Shown one piece after another: positions 34,643-38,530 of a stretch of DNA of 38,530 bases; positions within the stretch are counted from its first letter, which is position 1, and each line of letters opens with the position of its first letter. The DNA is from an uncultured Clostridia bacterium (GTDB lineage Bacteria > Bacillota > Clostridia > Lachnospirales > Bianqueaceae), in NCBI GenBank assembly GCA_947570515.1, contig CANOUM010000001.1, forward strand, positions 1 through 38,530, read 5' to 3'. The notes beneath the pieces are model-generated. The model searched no databases. It was not told the origin of the DNA and worked only from the letters and a program-made list of their open reading frames with translations. The position numbers and the translations under genes were made by a program.

Positions 34643-34920
34643 CGTTGTTATACCTTCCTTGCTTACCGCTTCGCAAGGATAGAAGCGGTAGTTTTGCTGT
34701 CAGCATAAAAAAGGACGTCTCCTTTTCATAATAAAATAGTACTATATAGAACTTATTTTGTCAAGGAGTAAAATTAGTAAAGGGTAAAAAATAGGGAAAA
34801 GAAAGAATAAGATTGTAGAATTGTCTAATCTTGTATGATAAAATATGTATGTTGAAAATCCAAGACATGCATTTTAGAGAGCAATAGGTGTAATCAATAA
34901 TGAGTTGCGGAGGATTAGCA

Positions 34921-35400
34921 ATGATTAGAAAAGCAGAAGAAAGAGATTTACAACGGATAGCCGAAATCATTATATTTGGGAAACGTGTCGCATATTGTTC
35001 TATTTTTCAAAATGATATGGTGTCATTTAACGAGCTGAGAGTCGTAGCTCTTTATAATGAATTATATAATGATTCAGAGAAATGGAAAAATATGCTGGTG
35101 TATGATGATGGAATTGTAAAAGCGGTTATCAACTATATTGATACGGAAAATAAAGACACTATTGAAATACTTGATTTTTATGTGGAGCCATTTTTTAAGG
35201 GAGAGGGAATAGGAAGAAAGCTGATAAATCAATTATGTAATAAAGTAAAAAGGCAATATAATACCATTATTTTGTGGGTAATTAAAGACAATATTTCGGC
35301 AAGAAAATTTTATGAACGGAATGGATTTCAAAGGACGGACAATGAGCGTTTGATTGAAGGAACAAATAAATTAGAGATGCAGTATGTCAGATATTTGTAA
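34921..35400 (+). CDS. GNAT family N-acetyltransferase
   Basis: Motif A FKGEGIGRKLI. GGAGG sits 8 nt before the ATG at 34921 (the listed start at 34900 is less likely). Confidence 0.8.
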   Translation: MIRKAEERDLQRIAEIIIFGKRVAYCSIFQNDMVSFNELRVVALYNELYNDSEKWKNMLVYDDGIVKAVINYIDTENKDTIEILDFYVEPFFKGEGIGRKLINQLCNKVKRQYNTIILWVIKDNISARKFYERNGFQRTDNERLIEGTNKLEMQYVRYL

Positions 35401-35464
35401 TGGGATGATATCTAAATACAAAGTTTAAGTCTGAAAATGAGAAAGTTTAGGAGTGTGAAAAGGT

Positions 35465-35701
35465 ATGTTTAGTTTAAAGAAAGAACAGAGAAAAAAGAAT
35501 ATATTTCTAATTTTATCCATTATTTCTGCATTTGTATTTATTGCAGGAGTGATGTGTACCATCATGGGAGAATTAAGTCCGGTACAATTTATAATCAATG
35601 AAAGTCCCATTAAATTAGTTGTTCTCCCTGCGCTTATATTTTTTGTAGCATTTGCATTATATAAAAATAGTAAAAAAGCAATAGAAGAAAACACAAAGTA
35701 A
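35465..35701 (+). CDS. Hypothetical small membrane protein (2 predicted TM)
   Basis: 78-aa ORF with two hydrophobic stretches flanked by Lys-rich ends. Weak RBS and no recognisable family. Confidence 0.4.
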   Translation: MFSLKKEQRKKNIFLILSIISAFVFIAGVMCTIMGELSPVQFIINESPIKLVVLPALIFFVAFALYKNSKKAIEENTK

Positions 35702-35744
35702 TTTTAATCTAAATTTGAAAATCGCAATTTTATAAGTGGTTATT

Positions 35745-35810
35745 GCTCCTCATAGGGTTTCAATAAAATCCTTCAAAAGTCTTGAAAATAAAGGATTTAT
35801 CGGAATGTGT
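35745..35810. repeat. Junction repeat unit copy 1 (A-like CTCATAGGG plus B module)
   Basis: 35781-35800 is identical to 37262-37281 (CTTGAAAATAAAGGATTTAT). Hairpin AAATCCTT (35766-35773) / AAGGATTT (35791-35798). Confidence 0.85.
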
Positions 35811-35861
35811 TCGCTTTACCCCTTTATATAATTTCACACAAGTTTATTCTTACTCTGATTG

Positions 35862-35888
35862 CTTATAAGGGCAAAATAAAGGGCAGTT
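35862..35888. repeat. Junction repeat A module copy (CTTATAAGGGCAAAATAAAGGGCAGTT)
   Basis: Similar to 37202-37222 and 37802-37826. Contains tandem ATAAGG / ATAAAGG. Confidence 0.7.
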
Positions 35889-35998
35889 AATCTGATGCTA
35901 TCTATAGAATGTATAAGTCAAATATGCATGCAAGCGTAGATATTTTTATCATTGTTTGGAACGAATGAAAAACTAAGAAATATGAGGAGGAATAAAAA

Positions 35999-37024
35999 AT
36001 GCAACTACGAATATCGAGTATACCCATAATGCTTGAATATTTATCAAAAATGAATGCAGAATCCGTCGATAAAGCTGTGGTTGAAAAAATTTTCGAGCAT
36101 GAAGATTATCAGTTCGAAATGAGGCGGTACGGTTTACACTCTGCGGACCCGCTTATATCTTATTTTTCACACCTTAGAAGCATCAAGGTGGGGGACATTC
36201 CTGATTTAAGCAATGAACGAAAAAGTGCATTAAGAGATAAGCATAAACTGTGGTTAGACTGTTCAACTAATCTACAAAAATACTACAATCGTTATGAAAA
36301 GGTAAAGCATATTCTTTGTGATGACAATATTCAATCTCTACAGCATAAGCTCTTTGCTGCATTTCCAAATGAAGTTGCCATAAACGATATAAGTATTATA
36401 TCAACACTAAGTTTTGGACCTTCCTTCGGATATGTTTATGAGAATGCATTGCATATAGATTTGTTTGGTATTGAAGATATCTGCACAATTGAAGAGATGC
36501 CATACATTATTCTTCATGAGATGCACCATCTACAAGTTCAAAAACTAATTGGCAGTTATCATTCTTTCACTCGGAATTTTGGTTTACTGGATGACTACAT
36601 ATTTAGATTTAGTGGTGAGGGCTTGGCAATTAAGTTCTGCAATAACGCCGAAGGCGTTGTATCAAAGAAATTGGATAACCATTTGAATGCCAATATAGGT
36701 ATTCCTGCAATGTCCATACTTAACAATCATTTTAAGGAGCATTTCAATCTTTTCAATGATACAATTAAGAGAATTAAACAAAATTCAATTACTGCAAGTG
36801 AAATTGATGAACAGTTCAAGTCTTATTGGTGGAATCCATACCTTTATAAAGATGAGAATCCATTTCTAACACAAACGCCAATATACAGCTTTGGAAATGA
36901 AATTTTTGGATGTATTTTTGATGCTTTTGGAATGGAAATATTGTTTGAATGTTTTTATAACCCCGCTAAAGTTATTGAATATTTTAATAAGACAAACTGT
37001 GGGTATATTATTTCGGAAACATAA
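35999..37024 (+). CDS. Putative Zn-dependent protease-like protein with HExxH motif (DUF2268/DUF5700-like)
   Basis: 341 aa with the LHEMHH motif. GAGGAGG RBS. The family name is from memory and tentative. Confidence 0.55.
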   Translation: MQLRISSIPIMLEYLSKMNAESVDKAVVEKIFEHEDYQFEMRRYGLHSADPLISYFSHLRSIKVGDIPDLSNERKSALRDKHKLWLDCSTNLQKYYNRYEKVKHILCDDNIQSLQHKLFAAFPNEVAINDISIISTLSFGPSFGYVYENALHIDLFGIEDICTIEEMPYIILHEMHHLQVQKLIGSYHSFTRNFGLLDDYIFRFSGEGLAIKFCNNAEGVVSKKLDNHLNANIGIPAMSILNNHFKEHFNLFNDTIKRIKQNSITASEIDEQFKSYWWNPYLYKDENPFLTQTPIYSFGNEIFGCIFDAFGMEILFECFYNPAKVIEYFNKTNCGYIISET

Positions 37025-37201
37025 TCTCGGAAGAGGTAAAAAATACTCTTCAAATAGTGAACCTGCTCTTCATAAAGCGAAATACTCTATTGTACAAATT
37101 GCAGGTTTGTGCGATGAGTGCACTTCGTTCGCAAATTTCGAAGGCTTATTACTCTCTGAAAGAGTATTTTGTATTCAGATAAATAAATTTTCTTGTTTTG
37201 A

Positions 37202-37291
37202 CTCATAAGGGCAGAAATAAGGAAAAATACATAAGGTTGGGAAACCAAATGGTCGAAATTCCTTGAAAATAAAGGATTTATTGCAATGTGT
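37202..37291. repeat. Junction repeat unit copy 2 (A module with three ATAAGG, then B module)
   Basis: ATAAGG at 37205, 37217 and 37231. The B module 37254-37291 ends in the ATG at 37286. Confidence 0.85.
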
Positions 37292-37807
37292 AAAATAGTA
37301 AAAATGATTGAAATTCACGGTGTAAATGCACATAAAGCTTTTACTAAAACGCGTGTGGGATGTAGAGGAATTGTAATAAAAGATTCTCGTATGCTTATTT
37401 CACACGAAGTAAATGCTGATTATTATTTGATCCCGGGTGGTGGTTTGGAAGCAGGGGAAACACCCGAAGAATGTTGTATTCGTGAGATTTGTGAAGAAAC
37501 AGGATATATTGTAAAACCTAGTATTCATTTTCTTACGATACATGAATACTACGAAGAGTACAAATTTATAAGCCACTACTTTCTTTGTGATATTATAGGG
37601 GAATCAGAGCAAAACTTAACCGCCGATGAAATCAAACGAGGATTGATTCCCGAATGGATAAGTCCAGATAAAATGCTTGAACTATATTCGAAGCATGGTG
37701 ATTTTGCAATACCTAACCAGAAGAAGCAAGGAGCATATTTGCGGGAGTATATTACACTCAAAGAATATCTCAGAAAATCCAACATTATTTCACCTTTATT
37801 TCTGTAA
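37286..37807 (+). CDS. NUDIX hydrolase
   Basis: Nudix box GGLEAGETPEECCIREICEETGY. The start at 37286 lies inside repeat module B. The alternative ATG at 37304 lacks an RBS. Confidence 0.8.
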   Translation: MCKIVKMIEIHGVNAHKAFTKTRVGCRGIVIKDSRMLISHEVNADYYLIPGGGLEAGETPEECCIREICEETGYIVKPSIHFLTIHEYYEEYKFISHYFLCDIIGESEQNLTADEIKRGLIPEWISPDKMLELYSKHGDFAIPNQKKQGAYLREYITLKEYLRKSNIISPLFL

Positions 37808-37924
37808 TAAAGGCGGTAAGGCAGTTCTGGCTATTCAAATCCTTGAGCCTGCTGCAGGGCATCAAACCCCGACATTGTTATATAGAACGATCGCAAGAAT
37901 CCTGAAGGGATTTCTTGCAATGTA
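37802..37924. repeat. Junction repeat unit copy 3 (A module overlapping the Nudix stop, GC-rich insert, degenerate B module)
   Basis: A: CTGTAATAAAGGCGGTAAGGCAGTT (37802-37826). B: GCAAGAATCCTGAAGGGATTTCTTGCAATGTA (37893-37924). Confidence 0.75.
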
Positions 37925-37985
37925 AAAAAGCTGTATCTGAAAAATTTAAAACGGTTATTAGACATCCGATGAAAGAGATATAATT

Positions 37986-38530
37986 ATGAAACTAATACAA
38001 ATCATGGCACTTGCCGTACTTGCGCTATTCTATACCGCATACTTTACTAAAATGATTTTACAACGCCGAAAGGGTGTGAAAACAGACCAAATCGGCAAAG
38101 GCAGAAAGCCCCGAAAGGTACTTGTGACTGAGATACTGATGAAGCTCGCAACCTACTCTATTGTCATTGTGGAAGTGGTCAGTATCGTCATGAATTTCCG
38201 TATGTGGAAATCCTCTTATGCGCGGATTGGCATAGGCGTTGCAGCTCTTGGCGTTCTTGTCTTTATCGTAGCTATGGTAACGATGAGGGATAGCTGGAGA
38301 GCGGGCATACCGGAAAAAGATAAAACCGAGCTTGTAACAACGAAAATATACCGTATCAGCCGCAACCCCGCTTTTCTCGGTTTTGATGTAATGTATCTTG
38401 GTATGCTAATTGCATTTTTCAATTACTTGCATTTGATTTTTGCGTTTTACGCCATTATAATGCTTCATTTGCAGATATTACAAGAGGAAAAGTATTTGAC
38501 CGAAGCCTTTGGAGAGAAATATACCGAATA
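37986..38530 (+). CDS. Isoprenylcysteine carboxyl methyltransferase (ICMT)/phospholipid methyltransferase family membrane protein, 3' end outside window
   Basis: My own translation is open from the ATG at 37986 to the window edge: MKLIQIMALAVLALFYTAYF...TTKIYRISRNPAFLGFDVMYLG...LQEEKYLTEAFGEKY, the typical ICMT-family core. Confidence 0.75.
   Translation, partial: MKLIQIMALAVLALFYTAYFTKMILQRRKGVKTDQIGKGRKPRKVLVTEILMKLATYSIVIVEVVSIVMNFRMWKSSYARIGIGVAALGVLVFIVAMVTMRDSWRAGIPEKDKTELVTTKIYRISRNPAFLGFDVMYLGMLIAFFNYLHLIFAFYAIIMLHLQILQEEKYLTEAFGEKYTE

Noticed and set aside
36891-37208. 105-aa ORF overlapping the end of the HExxH gene and running through the next junction
   Set aside because: It overlaps a better-supported gene in another frame. 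It has no RBS and no family resemblance. It may be a chance ORF in AT-rich DNA, and I could not show it is a cassette remnant.
37834-37846. tRNA T-arm-like string TTCAAATCC (a possible tRNA-derived att site)
   Set aside because: The flanking bases do not form a T-stem (GGCTA versus CCTTG are not complementary). No acceptor or CCA context is present. The string aligns instead with the left arm of repeat module B.
34700-38530. Classical integron/CALIN or CRISPR array
   Set aside because: There is no intI. The junctions have no RYYYAAC...GTTRRRY core pairs (the GTT-containing heptamers present, such as GTTATAT, GTTATTA and GTTCTGG, do not fit). The repeats are irregularly spaced and flank full ORFs, which is incompatible with CRISPR.

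Overview
A 38.5-kb chromosomal segment that looks like a Clostridia-class Firmicute, inferred from GGAGG-type ribosome-binding sites, the DUF3783, NiaR and KtrAB gene content, and roughly 50% G+C judged by eye. I support about 42 protein-coding genes. I saw no rRNA, tRNA, CRISPR array, transposase, integrase or phage genes. Left to right, the window holds: the tail of an M14-like peptidase, a patatin-like lipase, VanZ-KtrB-KtrA, a Nudix hydrolase, an SGNH hydrolase, a LysR regulator and a DUF3737 protein. A ten-gene Mrp-type cation/proton antiporter operon follows on the minus strand (7863-16996), with four antiporter-like subunits. Next come a 2-hydroxyacid dehydrogenase, a GH36 alpha-galactosidase, DUF3783, NiaR plus a coupled EIIC-like permease, and a GNAT. 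A 525-bp non-coding region then carries an array of a repeated 9-mer. After it come a C-N hydrolase, HAD, TSUP and glycosidase-like operon, a MerR remnant, a kinase, an ADH/G1PDH-like gene and an EamA transporter. A PflX-type radical SAM gene sits next to a Cys-type sulfatase, followed by a flavin reductase and a MarR regulator. From about 34.7 kb to the window edge the sequence is clearly AT-rich. It holds small, unrelated, same-strand genes (GNAT, 2-TM peptide, HExxH protein, Nudix, ICMT-like methyltransferase) separated by homologous junction repeats. This cassette-array-like architecture, with no recognisable recombinase or canonical attC, is my best candidate for something undescribed. 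The second candidate is the TGCGTACAT motif array, together with a 22/23-identical palindrome 8 kb away upstream of the radical SAM-sulfatase pair. All functional calls rest on recognised motifs and remembered family features, not on database searches.
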